DNA from: Eledone cirrhosa
Taxonomy: Eukaryota
Assembly: GCA_964016885.1 (NCBI GenBank)
Contig: OZ024741.1
Span: 330,398,001 to 330,462,000, forward strand
Direction of reading: 5' to 3'
Length of the DNA stretch: 64,000 nucleotides
The notes under the pieces are model-generated. The model saw only the letters and a list, made by a program, of their open reading frames with translations, searched no databases and was not told the DNA's origin. The translations under genes were made by a program, and so were the position numbers. How positions within the stretch are numbered: position 1 is the first letter of the stretch; each line of letters opens with the position of its first letter. Shown piece after piece: positions 13,946 to 27,098 of this stretch.

Positions 13946-16010
13946 GTGCCACGTAAGCGGAAAAAACATCCCAAAAGTGCAATTTGGGAGACTGCAACAG
14001 TCCGTCTTGCCAAAAAAGAACGTCGCAATGCTGAACGTGAGTACAAACTGCACAAATCAGACATCAATAGGAAGAGGCGAAATAAATCGTCCAACCACTT
14101 CAAACAGGTGACAAAAAAGGCAGTGCTTCAATTTGAGGAGCGCATAGCAACCAGCCTTGACAGTAAGGTGTTCTGGAAGTATGTTCACTCAAAGCAGAGG
14201 CCTCACTCTCCAGTTGGTCCTCTTCACAATCCCCACACAAGCCAGGTTACTCACGACCCCAAGCAATGCGCAGAGCTCATTGCTGAATGCTATGCAGGCA
14301 TTTTCACTATTGAAGACCAGAGTGTACCGTCTTCACCACCTATGACACTATTACAACCATGAAATTTACACCTGCAATGCTGCGACGTCACCTAAAAAAT
14401 AAACGCAACCATGCCTCTCCTGGTCTTGATGGTGTTACGTACCTGCTTCTTAAACGTGGTGGGTACTTCCTTCTGCACCAGCTATCACGCTTCTTCCAAT
14501 TCTGTCTGAACAACGGTGCTACTCCAGAACAGTGGAAAATTGCCAGTGTCATTCCTCTGTTTAAAAAGGGTGACCGCATATCACCTGTGAACTATCGTCC
14601 AGTCAGTCTTACTAGTTGCATTGCCAAACTGATGGAATCCTGTGTCAGAGAAACACTTTGGAACTTCTGGAACTCTCAGTCTTATCCGGCCCTCGCAATT
14701 TGGATTTATCCCCAACTCCAGCTGCTGTGATCAACTTATCGAGTTTCTTGAAGACATCACCCGGATCACTGATGGCGTCTCATGGGTGGATGTTGTTTAC
14801 CTTGACTTTGCGAAAGCTTTCAATTCTGTGCCACACAAAAGGCTTATGGCAAAAATCTCTGCAATGGGTGTGAAGGATGATCTTTTTAACTGGTTGAAGT
14901 CCTTCATTCTCAGTCGAAGAGAGGTAGTCACGGTTCTGGGACAGCATTCCTTACCATATGAGATGTCAACTGGTTTACCACAGGGATCTGTTCTTGGCCC
15001 CCTTTTGTTTGTGGCATATATTAATGACATAGATGCCAACTTAAAGAATGCCACAGTACTAAAGTACGCAGATGACATCAAGCTGTACCTTGAGATAAAA
15101 AGGACAGATCCTGAACACTATAGATCTTGCTTGCAGTCTGACCTGGACACAATGCAACAATGGATCTCAGACTGGCAACTCAAGCTAGCTGTGGACAAGT
15201 GCACCACCATGCATTTTGGGAGTAAAAACCCAGCGTCCACATACTCCCTCCACAGCACTAATATCAAGAAGTCTTCTTGTGAACGTGACCTGGGCATTAC
15301 GGTCAGCAGCGATTTGCGTTGGACAAAGCACGTCTCTAAAATTGTCAAGAGGGCCAAGGGTGTCTTAGCATCACTCAGCAAGACCTTTGTCAGCCACTCT
15401 CCAGCTATCTATTTAAGGCTGTACATGGCTATGGTGCGGCCACACTTAGAATTTGCATCATCAGTCTGGAAGCCATATCTTGCTCAGATCATTGACCACC
15501 TGGAAACTTCAGAGACGTGCAACCAAGCGAATACCCTCCATCAGGCATCTTGCTTCCCCGGACATGGATACATTGAAGCTCTGATGCCTGGCAACTGACT
15601 TGGTAAACACACCCACAAAATTATTAACCATCTTGCCAACAACAACGCTGAGTACCTTTTTGATTTCCATGTGTCTAACACACGTGGGCATGCCCACAAA
15701 ATCAGAAAACAGCACAGCTCCCATGACTTTCGGAAACATCTTTTTCGCTCAGAGTTGCTGAAGCATGGAACAAACTACCTGCATCAGTTGTTAGCTGTCG
15801 ATACACTGCATCCTTTAAAACTTCTATGCTTCCCGAGATCGCCAACACTACACCTAATGTTCCCCCTCCATACACATACACACATGTATATCATGACTCA
15901 TACACTATTCACTTCCCTGACATTTGTATATTATTCTATGTACTATACATGCACCTTTGACGAGTTGTAGTGCACCTGAGCACTTTACACAATAATTTCA
16001 TTATTATTAT
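13946..16010 (+). mobile_element. 5'-truncated CR1-clade LINE with frameshifted RT
   Basis: ASPGLDG, NYRPVSLTS, QFGF, YLDFAKAFNSVPH, PQGSVLGPLLF, YADDIK, DLGI, VRPHLEF and TRGH..K motifs; (ATT)n tail. Confidence 0.92.
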
Positions 16011-16149
16011 ACACATATGTATACACAAACACACAGCCACAATAAGCTACTGCATGTTAGTGTGTGTATAGTAAGGCCAACAAGATGGAGGTATGAAATA
16101 TCTAGAGTTGTTGATCTGTAGATGACGGACAAACAATTAACCAGCTACC

Positions 16150-16860
16150 TTGTACTGTGGCTCTGTTGAACCAGGGTTACATTGGAACTTTACCCTTTAA
16201 TACTGTGGCTCTGTTAAACAAGGGTTAAATAGGGACTATACATTACAATGTACTGTGGCTCTGTCGAACCAGGGTTAAATGAGAGCTACACTCTATAATG
16301 TAGTCTAGTTGAACCAGAACCAGGGTTAAATGAGAGCTATACCCTATAATGTACTGTTCAGTTGAACCTGAGTTAAAAGGGAGCTATACCTTTTAATGTA
16401 CTGTGGCTCTGTTGAACCAGTGTTAAAAGGTAGCTATATCCTATAATGTACTGTGGCTCTGTTGAACCAGTGTTAAAAGGGAGCTATACCCTTTAATGTA
16501 CTGTGGCTCTGTTGAACCAGTGTTAAAAGGGAGCTATACCCTTTAATGTACTGTGGCTCTGTTGAACCAGTGTTAAAAGGTAGCTATATCCTATAATGTA
16601 CTGTGGCTCTGTTGAACCAGTGTTAAAAGGGAGCTATACCCTTTAATGTACTGTGGCTCTGTTGAACCAGTGTTGAATAGGAGCTATACCCTTTAATGTG
16701 TACTGCTGTTTAGTTGAACCAGAACCAGGGTTAAATGGGAGCTATACACTTTAATGTACTGTTGTTCTGTTAAAACAAAGCTAAATGGGGGATATACTCT
16801 TTTACCAGCTACTTACATAGTATGGTTCTGTTAAAACAAGGTTGAATCTGAGCTATACCA
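16150..16860. repeat. 50-bp minisatellite
   Basis: Unit ctgtggctctgttgaaccagtgttaaaagggagctataccctttaatgta starts at 16401, 16451, 16501, 16551, 16601 and 16651, with degenerate flanking units. Confidence 0.95.
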
Positions 16861-16909
16861 CCTCAAAAACAACATCACCAAAAAATCAGAAAAGGACCTA
16901 GTGTTCGTT

Positions 16910-17222
16910 ACCTGGTTACACTCAGACTATGGCTATGCTGCAGCACCACATAAAGGGGATTTAAGTCAATCAGTATCAACCCCAGTATTTATTTCATCTA
17001 TATTTTTGATGAACCACTAAGTTACATGAGACACACATACACACACATGCATGCATATACACACATGATTGTCTTCCACAAAGTTTCCATTTACCATATT
17101 CCACTCATTAAATATTGATTCCCTGAAGTTATGATAAAAGATACCCAAGGTGCCATGAAGTGGGATTGAACTTAAAATCACATTGCTAAGTGAACTTCTT
17201 AGCCCCTATTGCTATGTCTGGG
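16910..17222 (-). mobile_element. Degenerate SINE-like repeat(s)
   Basis: Reverse-complement B-box-like gtgggattgaac; similarity to 900-1065. Confidence 0.45.
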
Positions 17223-17797
17223 CCATATATTAGTTTTTACAAAAATTATATATATATATTTTTAATGTCATTTTCTTAATGTAAATCTACCTAGGACTAC
17301 AGCGAAATGATGTGCAGTAGACCGGCTATTTAAACTAGACTATATACACAATTATATATTATACATGTATACAGTTCTATATTACAGATGTATATATACA
17401 TACATAGTTATATATTATATACATATATAATTATATATTATACATATATACAGTTATATATTACACAAGTATACAGATTTATATATTATACATGATAGAG
17501 ACTGTGTGTAAAGACAGAAAGAAGAAACAGAGACAGAGGACATGTACACGGAGAGAGAGAGAGCGAGAGAGAGGAAGTATACAGGTGTTAATTAAAAACT
17601 CAAAGGTTGATATGATAGCACTAGATGACATATTTTATGGCGTGGATGGTGTACAATGGGAGGGGTGGGTGGGCTGAAGAGATGATATTTCAGGTAAGCA
17701 GATGAGATGTATGTGTACATTTCAGTTGGGATTGTTACACATCAATTACATTGTTAATATCGTCTTTAGGAAAGGCATCAACATCACAACTTTTCAT

Positions 17798-17960
17798 CAA
17801 TGTATGCCTAATCAAATCATCAGAATAACTGACAAAATTACTCACAGCGTTTGTAATATACTAGAAGAATTCATGTTGTTATTTGAATTCTCCTAGTATA
17901 TTACAAATGCCGTGTGTAATTTTGGTCAGTTATTCTGATGATTTGATTAGGCACACATTG
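17798..17960. repeat. Foldback palindrome with about 75-bp arms, each carrying CTGATGA
   Basis: caatgtatgcctaatcaaatcatcagaataactgac...gaattc / gaattc...gtcagttattctgatgatttgattaggcacacattg. Confidence 0.85.
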
Positions 17961-18086
17961 TATTTAAAATTGAGTGACACAACTTCAAGTGATTAGCAAT
18001 CTTTAGACACCCTAACCAATGAAACAATTGTTAATACTGTAAATAAAACCCTTCTTGTACTGTTGACCATGTTATTCTTCACTCTT

Positions 18087-18141
<55 letters not shown>

Positions 18142-18256
18142 TTGTGTATGTATATATTTGTGTATGTATATATTTATGTATGTATATATGTATGTATCTA
18201 TATATGTATGTATGTATATATGTATGTATCTATATATGTATGTATATATGTATGTC

Positions 18257-18860
18257 AGGTCACCAGTTGGGGCTACTGGTAACATGTATCCCAGTACAAC
18301 CTGTCCCATGGTCGGGTTGTTGGCGACTAAACTGGCAACCCTACCAAGGTTTCTTGGTGAGGAGGGTGACTTTGGACATCCTGCAGGACTAAAAACAAAA
18401 CCTGTCAAAGGGCAAAGGAGCTCTTAAGAGTCAATGGCCATCCAAAATCACCGGGAGAGATGACCCCTTAGCCTTTGTCAAGGCAGAATTCTAGAAGGAA
18501 AACTCTGATACAACACCTGCAACCCTACTGGTATCCAATGATGTTGACTTGTTCTTCTTTTTGGTAAATATCATCTTGGTTAAGAGAGTGGGACTGGCTT
18601 TGTGCAGTGCCTTTGTTCACTATAAAAGCTTCACGGCACAGGCATTACTTTATATCTGGAGATCTCTCTGCACTTGTCGTCACATGGTACCATGAGCCCA
18701 ACACTATGTGTCAATAATTGTCACAAGTGTAGTGTTTGTACCAGAGTTTTCAAGTCACTGGCTGGACTAGAAAGTCACAATCGTTCAGTGCATCGGTAGG
18801 GGTTCTCGTACATGGATATAAAGTAGTGGCCGTACTCGAAAACGAGTTGGCAGCCACCAT
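18257..18860 (+). mobile_element. Internally deleted, non-autonomous RTE/BovB-like element
   Basis: 5'UTR-like segment (ggaaaactctgatacaacacc) joined to a C-terminal zinc-finger remnant [18 protein letters not shown] and the 3' end gccgtactcgaaaacgagttggcagcca. Confidence 0.65.
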
Positions 18861-19125
18861 ATATATGTATGTATGTATATGTATATATATATATATATGT
18901 GTGTGTATGTGTGTATATATATATGTGTGTGTGTATGTGTGTATATATATATATATGTGTGTGTATGTGTGTATATATATATGTGTGTGTGTATGTGTGT
19001 ATATATATGTGTGTGTATGTGTGTATATATATGTGTGTGTATGTGTGTGTATATATATGTGTGTGTGTGTGTGTGTATATATATATGTGTGTATGTGTGT
19101 GTATATATATATATGTGTGTGTGTA

Positions 19126-19169
<44 letters not shown>

Positions 19170-19640
19170 GGTGCGCGTGTGTGTGTGTGCGTTTGTGAAT
19201 GTGTCTGTTGACACCTGGAATATAGCTTAAGAGAAACTTAAAGATAATGGTATGATAGGCACTCAATATTTTGAACTGGTCTATAGAATTCTCTAGGCTT
19301 TTGTCACTCTAAGTAGAACCTTAAAGAATTAGCTCTTAAAGAATTTCCCTTTTCTTTAAATCTATCAACCATGACCAACCCACAAAGATCTTATAAGACA
19401 CCTGAAATATAGGCATTGTTAGCTTAAGAGAAACTTAAAAATATGGAGTGGCACCCCATTCTGAACTTGTTCATAGAATTCTTTCTGCCTTTGTTACTCT
19501 AAATATAAATTATAGCTTTAAAGAATTAGCTTTTAATGAATTCCCTTTTCTATCAACCAATGACCTCTACCCATCCAACTCCCCACCCTTTCCTACCACC
19601 TGAAGAGACCTATAAATACCATATTTATTTTTTGATACCC

Positions 19641-19691
19641 AGATTCCTGATAATTTCTAAAGAATGAAACAGTTCTAGTCCTGTAGAATCT
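19641..19691 (+). ncRNA. Hammerhead motif with G8A core change
   Basis: AGATTC-CTGATAA-tttct aa agaat-GAAA-cag ttctagtc ctg-TA-GAATCT. All three stems pair. It follows an about 195-bp imperfect tandem duplication (19220-19560). Confidence 0.65.
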
Positions 19692-19746
19692 CTTCTATAT
19701 TAAACATATATATATATCTATATATATCTATATATATCTATATATA

Positions 19747-19839
<93 letters not shown>

Positions 19840-19849
19840 ATATATATAT

Positions 19850-19888
<39 letters not shown>

Positions 19889-20163
19889 AACATATATATA
19901 TATATATAAACATATATATCTATATATATATATAAACATATATATATATATATATATATAAACATATATATCTATATATATATATAAACATATATATATA
20001 TATATAAACATATATATCTATATATATATATAAACATATATATCTATATATATATATAAACATATATATCTATATATATATATAAACATATATATCTATA
20101 TATATATAAACATATATATATATATATATAAACATACATATATATATATATATAGAAACATAC

Positions 20164-20202
<39 letters not shown>

Positions 20203-20229
20203 TATAAACATGCATATATATATATATAA

Positions 20230-20270
<41 letters not shown>

Positions 20271-20271
<1 letters not shown>

Positions 20272-21371
20272 ATGGTGGCTGCCAACTCGTTTTCGAGTAT
20301 GGCCACTACTCCATGTAGGAGAACCCCTACCGATGTGCTGAACGAGTGTGACTTTTTAGTCCAGCCAGCGACTTGAAAACTCTGGTACAAACACTATACT
20401 TGTGACAATTATTGACACTTAGTGCTGGGCCCATGGTATCATGTGACGACAAGTGCAGGGAGATCTCCAGATACAAAGCAATGCCTGTGCCGTGAAGCTT
20501 TTATAGTGAGCAAAGGCACTGCACAAAGCCAGTCACACACACATATATACACATACATATACACATATATATACATATACATGTACACACACATACACAT
20601 ACACATGTACACACATACATATACATATACATGTACACACACACATACATATATATGTACACACACATACATACATATGTACACACATATACATATCCAT
20701 GTACACACACATATACATACATATGTACACACACATACACATACACATGCACACATATATATGTACACACATACATATATACACATACATGTACACACAC
20801 ACACACATACACATACATACACATGTACACATATATATATATATGGTGGCTGCCAACTCGTTTTCGAGTACGGCCACTACTTTATATCCATGTAGGAGAA
20901 CCCCTACCGATGCGCTGAACGAGTGACTTTTTAGTCCAGCCAGCGACCTGAAAACTCTGGTACAAACACTACACTTGTGACAATTATTGACACATAGTGC
21001 TGGGCCCATGGTACCATGTGACGACAAGTGCAGAGAGATCTCCAGATACAAAGCAATGCCTGTGCCGTGAAGCTTTTATAGTGAGCAAAGGCACTGCACA
21101 AAGCCAGTCCCACTCTCTTAACCAAGATGATATTTACCAAAAAGAAGAACAAGTCAACATCATTGGATACCATCAGGGTTGCAGGTGTTGTATCAGAGTT
21201 TTCCTTCTTCTAGAATTCTGCCTTGACAAAGGCTAAGGGGTCATCTCTCCCTAGCTACATATTCTATCACCAAGTAAACTTGGTGGGGTTGCCGGTTTAG
21301 TCGCCTTCGACCCGACCATGCAACAGGTTGTACTGGGTTACATGTTACCAGTAGCACTCAAGAGTGACCCG

Positions 21372-21373
<2 letters not shown>
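20271..21373 (-). mobile_element. Two copies (3' part 20271-20535; full 20842-21373) of the RTE-derived element seen at 18257
   Basis: Reverse-complement similarity to 18257-18860. Confidence 0.8.
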
Positions 21374-21422
<49 letters not shown>

Positions 21423-21486
21423 ATACATACATATATATATATAAACATACATACATATATATATATAAACATACATACATATATAT

Positions 21487-21554
<68 letters not shown>

Positions 21555-21670
21555 ATACATATATATATATATAAACATATATATATATATAAACATATAT
21601 ATATATATATAAACATACATATATATATATATATATATATAAACATACATATATATATATATATATATAA

Positions 21671-21701
<31 letters not shown>

Positions 21702-21713
21702 AACATATATATC

Positions 21714-21744
<31 letters not shown>

Positions 21745-21803
21745 ATATATATCTATATATATATATAAACATATATATCTATATATATATATAAACATAT
21801 ATA

Positions 21804-21857
<54 letters not shown>

Positions 21858-21858
<1 letters not shown>

Positions 21859-24178
21859 ATCATCATCATCATCATCATCATCATCAACGTTTAACGTCCG
21901 TGTTCCACGCTTGCATGGGTTTGGACGGGGGTAGTCCCACTTGAGGCAAGAGTGATTGTCTTGCTCGCATAGGACTGTCTGGAAGGTTTTCTACAGTTGG
22001 ATGCCCTTCCTAACACCAACCACATTTACAGTGTGGGTCTGGGAGATTTTTACCGTGTTGCCTACACGGCCACATTACAGCGTGGACTGTGTGTTTTTTT
22101 GTCGTGACACCTACACGATCTCATTTGTTTCGGCCTCGATGGCGCGGCACCAACATAACTTTACATAGAACGGGGTGGTGTGGATGGGGTGGGGGTGGTG
22201 GTGGTGGGACGGGGTGTATTTTGTTAGAGATGCCTACTGGCTGGAGTAGGTTTTACTATATATTTAGGTAAGGCGGGTCTTCTCTGTTACTGAGTACCGC
22301 CAAAGGTCTCGGTCCAGTGACATATATATATCATCATCATCATCATCAGGTTTAGCGTCCGTGTTCCACGCTTGCATGGGTTTGGACGGGGGTTTTCCCA
22401 CTTGAGGCAAGAGTGGTTGTCTTGCTCGCATAGGACTGTCTGGCGGGTTTTCTACAGTTGGATGCCCTTCCTAACACCAACCACATTTACAGTGTGGGGC
22501 TGGGAGGTTTTTACCGTGTTGCCTACACGGCCACATTACAGCGTGGACTGTCTGGCGGGTTTTCTACAGCTGGATGCCCTTCCTAACACCAACCACATTT
22601 ACAGTGTGGGGCTGGGAGGTTTTTACCGTGTTGCCTACACGGCCACATTTACAGCGTGGACTGTGTGTTTTTTGTCGTGACACCTACACGATCTCATTTG
22701 TTTCGGCCTGGATGTTGTGGGACCAACATAACTTTACATTGAAAGGGGCGGTGTGGAGGGACGGGGGTGTGTTTTGATAGAGGTGCCTACTGACTGTAGT
22801 AGGTTTTTACTTTGTATTTAGGTAAGGCGGGTCTTCTCTATTACTGAGTACCGCCAAAGGTCTCGGTCCAGTGACATTGTCTTGGAGAGGTGTAAGCGTG
22901 TGAGGTCGGAATTTATCAGCTCGTCCCATGTTTTTCTGGGTCTGCCTACTCCGTGGCTACCGTCTATCTTTATTGCCCTGCACTTTGTTATACAGCTGTC
23001 GTCTTTCATGCGCATCACGTGACCGTACCAACGTAGCCTTCTCTCGAGTAAACAACATCTGATCCCTCTTATTTCTAATTTTTTCCTTAGTTCGTTTATG
23101 CTTTGCCGTTCACGTATATTACTATTGCACATCCAGCGGAGCATGCAAGCTTCGTTCCTCTCTAGTCTGCGTATATCCTCTGCACACAATGCCCAGGTCT
23201 CACTGCCATGCAGCATTGCTGTTCGTATGCAGGCATCGTATAACCTGCCTTTCATTTTTAGGGAGAACCCTCTAGCGGCTAATAGTGGTATAAGCTCTCT
23301 GAACTTTTTCCATCCAGTTCTGACTCTAGCTACTGTACTTTCAGAGCACCCTCCCCCACTGCTGATTTTGTCACCCAGATAACGGAAGCTGTCCACTATT
23401 TCTATAGAACCCTCTGCGCAGTTGAAGGAGCTAGTATTTTGTGGGCACTTGCTGCTACTTATTGCACCAGAGCACCGGCCACATGTAAAATCTATGTTCT
23501 TAGTTAGCTTACCTGTGATCCCACTACATCTTTTATGCACCCATACTTTGCATTTGGGACATAAAATGGAGTTTCTACCTACGCCTTTCCTACACACTGA
23601 GCATGGCCATTTCCCCGATGGGACCGCCGCCTTATTTTCTTTCCTACAAACTAGAACTTTAGTCTTAGCCAGGTTAATTTTAAGGCCTTTTGATTCTAGG
23701 CCGTGCTTCCACGTTTGGAATTTCTTCTCTAGTTCGGTCATTGATTCAGCTATGAGCGTTAGATCATCTGCGTATAGGAGTTCCCATGGGCAGCCGGTCT
23801 TGAACTCCTCTGTTATAGCCTGAAGGGCAATAATAAATAGTAGGGGGCTAAGTACAGAGCCCTGATGGACACCAACTTTTACGCTAAACTCTTCACTATA
23901 TTCGTTGTTAATTCTAACCTTACTGACTGTTTCTTTATACATGGCTTGTATAGCTCTCACAAGCCATTCGTCAACACCTAGTTTTCTAAGAGACCACCAG
24001 ATAATGGAACGGGGGACTCTGTCGAAGGCTTTCTCCAAGTCGACAAAAGCTAAGTATAGGGGTTTACTTTTAGCTAGGTACTTCTCCTGTAGTTGTCGTA
24101 CAATGAAAAGAGCGTCTGTGGTACTTTTGCCTGACACAAACCCGAACTGCATTTCATCTAGATCAATTCTCTCTCTGA
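21858..24178 (-). mobile_element. RTE-clade LINE (RT portion intact, 22818-24178) plus an extra 3'-end copy (21858-22322)
   Basis: QFGF, FVDLEKAFDRVPR, GVHQGSVLSPLLF and LLYADDL motifs; (CAT)n tails at 21858 and 22330; internal 3'UTR duplication at about 22434-22660. Confidence 0.95.
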
Positions 24179-24207
24179 TATATATATATATATATATATA
24201 TAAACAT

Positions 24208-24590
24208 AGAGTAGTAGAGTGGGTAATAGGAACGAGTAGGACTCCGACGGCTGAGCTCAAGCCGTTTCGACGGCTAATTCTGAACTAAATGAGTTGGCAC
24301 TATCAACGCACGACTGGGTTTCTTCCACCCCCTCTCCCTCTTTCTTCTACTGGCAGGTTCAGCTACCCCTTCCCTCCACAAATTGCCATGATAGAATTAT
24401 TATGTCTCAACAACAAACTTTTGACCAATCCTTGCGACTATCACTTTTACCATATATGGAATTACCCCCTGAGAAGCTCGGCTATTCAAATACCAGGATA
24501 AAAATTTTCATTTAGTCCAGAATTAGCCGTCGAAATAGCTTGAGCTCAGCCGTCGGGGGTCCTACTCGTTCCTATTACCCACTCTACTAC
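24208..24590. mobile_element. Foldback element with about 75-bp inverted ends
   Basis: gtagtagagtgggtaataggaacgagtagga..ccgacggctgagctcaagc and its reverse complement at 24520-24590. The same sequence recurs at about 6515-6565 and 58028-58085. Confidence 0.7.
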
Positions 24591-24687
24591 CCTAAGTATT
24601 GAGTACTTTGGTGCGTTATGGTCCACCTGGTTCCTTACCACATTTCCTTCATTATATATAAACATATATATATATATATATATATAT

Positions 24688-25400
24688 AGGGTAACAAATA
24701 ATAGTTAAATGCAGTCCACTTAGGTATAGTCCAGTTATGGTATTCCAGGTAGTGGATGATATTAACGCTTGGCTTGGTTTGACTCAACAAGGCGTTTTCA
24801 TAGTGATGCTGCGGGTATGCTGTAATTCCTATGTTGTAAACACTTGGAGTAATAATAAATCAGGAAAGAAGGTTGACATGGTTTGCTATACAAAAAAGGT
24901 TTTTAATCTCATAGCTGACAATTGTTTCTCTGAACTGGTAGGTCTAGAGATCGCTATTCGCTTATTTTCACGTTACTCGATCGCCAATACAAAATTATAA
25001 CCAGTCAGTTCTTCGGAGCATGCGAGAATGAAGAGAATACACAGGCAAGAAAAGAATATACAGGCTACTATATGAAGTAGTAATGGCATTCAGTTAGAAC
25101 AATAACAACAATTACAACAATGCTATTAATAAATTATTTGAGGAGACCCTGACATTACTTAGGTGGGGGGTATAGTGTATCTAAGATTACGGCGTGTAAA
25201 ACTAGCTGTCATGAGGCAAAAGTAAGAGTTTGGCATGTACAGAGTATCGAAGTGTGTATCAATTTTAAATTATAAATATAAGCCAGTGTTTACAGTCTTT
25301 CTTTTCATCTTCAATAACATACATGAGTGGGACAACACTGTCAAAGCTAAATAGTTGTTGAGTTAATACAGAGGTTAACGAGGTAATATACGCATATATT

Positions 25401-25470
<70 letters not shown>

Positions 25471-25922
25471 CACATGCATGTGTATATATATATATATATA
25501 TACACATGCATGTGTACATAGACACATACATACACATCAATATACACTCGTACAAAAATATACATACATGCAAAGAGATAAGCGTGCTAATTGTAATTAT
25601 GGCAAAAAGAAGGTAAAGTTACATTGTAGTAGTGATTTGAGAAAAACTAGGATTTAGGATCAAATGATGGCAGCAGCTGAGAAGGAATAAGTTTGTGGGT
25701 TGTGTGGTATAGACTTGTGAAGGCTAGAGTATACTTAATGAATATATTTCTGTGGGTAGTAGGTATCCTAATTTAAAGCTATGTTGTGTTGGTTTGATTC
25801 ACGGAGGTTTGAATTTAGTGGCAATTCTATGTCTGCAGAAGATAGATCTTTCTAACTTATTGTTAAGTAGCCTTTTTACATTTTTGAGGATATAGAATAG
25901 CTCAAGATCACATAGCCCGCAG
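24688..25922 (-). mobile_element. Inverted 3' segment (pseudo-LTR) of a Neptune-like PLE
   Basis: Minus strand 25921-25799 encodes CGLCDLELFYILKNVKRLLNNKLERSIFCRHRIATKFKPP* (GIY-YIG C-terminus). 24688-24728 is the reverse complement of 25960-26000. Confidence 0.8.
24914..25019 (-). ncRNA. Hammerhead motif, U4C variant with long stem II, in a PLE pseudo-LTR
   Basis: gct-CCGAAGA-a ctgactgg...ccagttcag a-GAAA-caattg-TC-agc. Confidence 0.65.
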
Positions 25923-26051
25923 TGGGACATACCTGTACTATAGGTTTTAGCAGCCGACAATACCTAAGTGGACTGCATTTAACTATTATTTGTTACCCCG
26001 TATATTTAGCTCCCACCTGGTCGAGCAACACCATTAACGCACGGCAACAAC

Positions 26052-26898
26052 ATGGAGAAGCACCATATAGGTATGTCACTGAAAAACATACCTATACCTA
26101 CAAAAAAGGACTATACACTGGGCATGATACGACGGACTAATGATTTCATCCGCAGGGTCCGATGGAAAGCTTACCATTTCGATAAGGGACTGAATACCAA
26201 CGCAAAGGAATTTTCTAAGGAGAATTACGGGTTTAAATCCTGCAAAAACCCGCCAAAAAACCCCGCACTCGATGCCTTCGAGCTGGACCTTATGAACATG
26301 ATAAGTGAAACTAAATTAAAAAAGGAACAAATCACAACAAATTGCAAAATGACTTAAATACATTACTAAAAAAACTAAAAGACACTAACGGTATCATAGT
26401 AAAAGCAGACAAAACATCAAACGTATACTCTATGGACATTAACACATACAATAGCTTTATCCAGCGTGAACTACATAAAAAATATAAAAAAACAAATGAA
26501 TCTACACTCACCAGCATTAACGTGGAGGCCTCAAGATAGTTAATAAACTCGGAATTCCAGATAGGACCGAACCGCTAACCCCGTGCAACCCAACATTTAA
26601 CCTGAAGAATCACAAAAATAACTTTGAAACTAATCCCACCATTAGATTAATATGCCCATCCAAGTCAGACATAGGTAAAATTAGCAAGAACATTCTAGAT
26701 AGGGTAATCGCACAAATAAAGGGTAAACTAGAAATCAATTTATGGGGCAACACTAACGAGGCAATTAAATGGTTCAATAAAATACAAAATAGGGAGACGT
26801 GTAACTTCATACAATTTGATATAGACGACTACTATGCATCCATATCCCCAGCTACCCTAGATAAGGCGCTTATATTTGCCCAAAATAACTCTGATCTT
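26052..26898 (+). pseudogene. N-terminal and RT part of a Neptune-like PLE ORF, frameshifted and cut by the gap
   Basis: SLKNIPIP, FIRRVRWKAYHF, NYGFKS, IIVKADKTSNVY, PTIRLICPSKSDIGKISK and FIQFDIDDYYASI motifs. Confidence 0.9.
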
Positions 26899-27098
26899 NN
26901 NNNNNNNNNNNNNNNNNNNNNNNNNNNNNNNNNNNNNNNNNNNNNNNNNNNNNNNNNNNNNNNNNNNNNNNNNNNNNNNNNNNNNNNNNNNNNNNNNNNN
27001 NNNNNNNNNNNNNNNNNNNNNNNNNNNNNNNNNNNNNNNNNNNNNNNNNNNNNNNNNNNNNNNNNNNNNNNNNNNNNNNNNNNNNNNNNNNNNNNNNN
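26899..27098. other. Assembly gap (200 N)
   Basis: Run of N. Confidence 1.

Noticed and set aside
16150-16860. Regular 50-bp repeats as a CRISPR array
   Set aside because: Whole units repeat with no unique spacers, there are no cas genes, and the context is eukaryotic; it is a minisatellite.
18283-18335. Twister ribozyme in the RTE-derived 5' end
   Set aside because: It has UAA-catg..catg but lacks the GUCCC-A-AGC loop, the GAGGG segment and P1 pairing.
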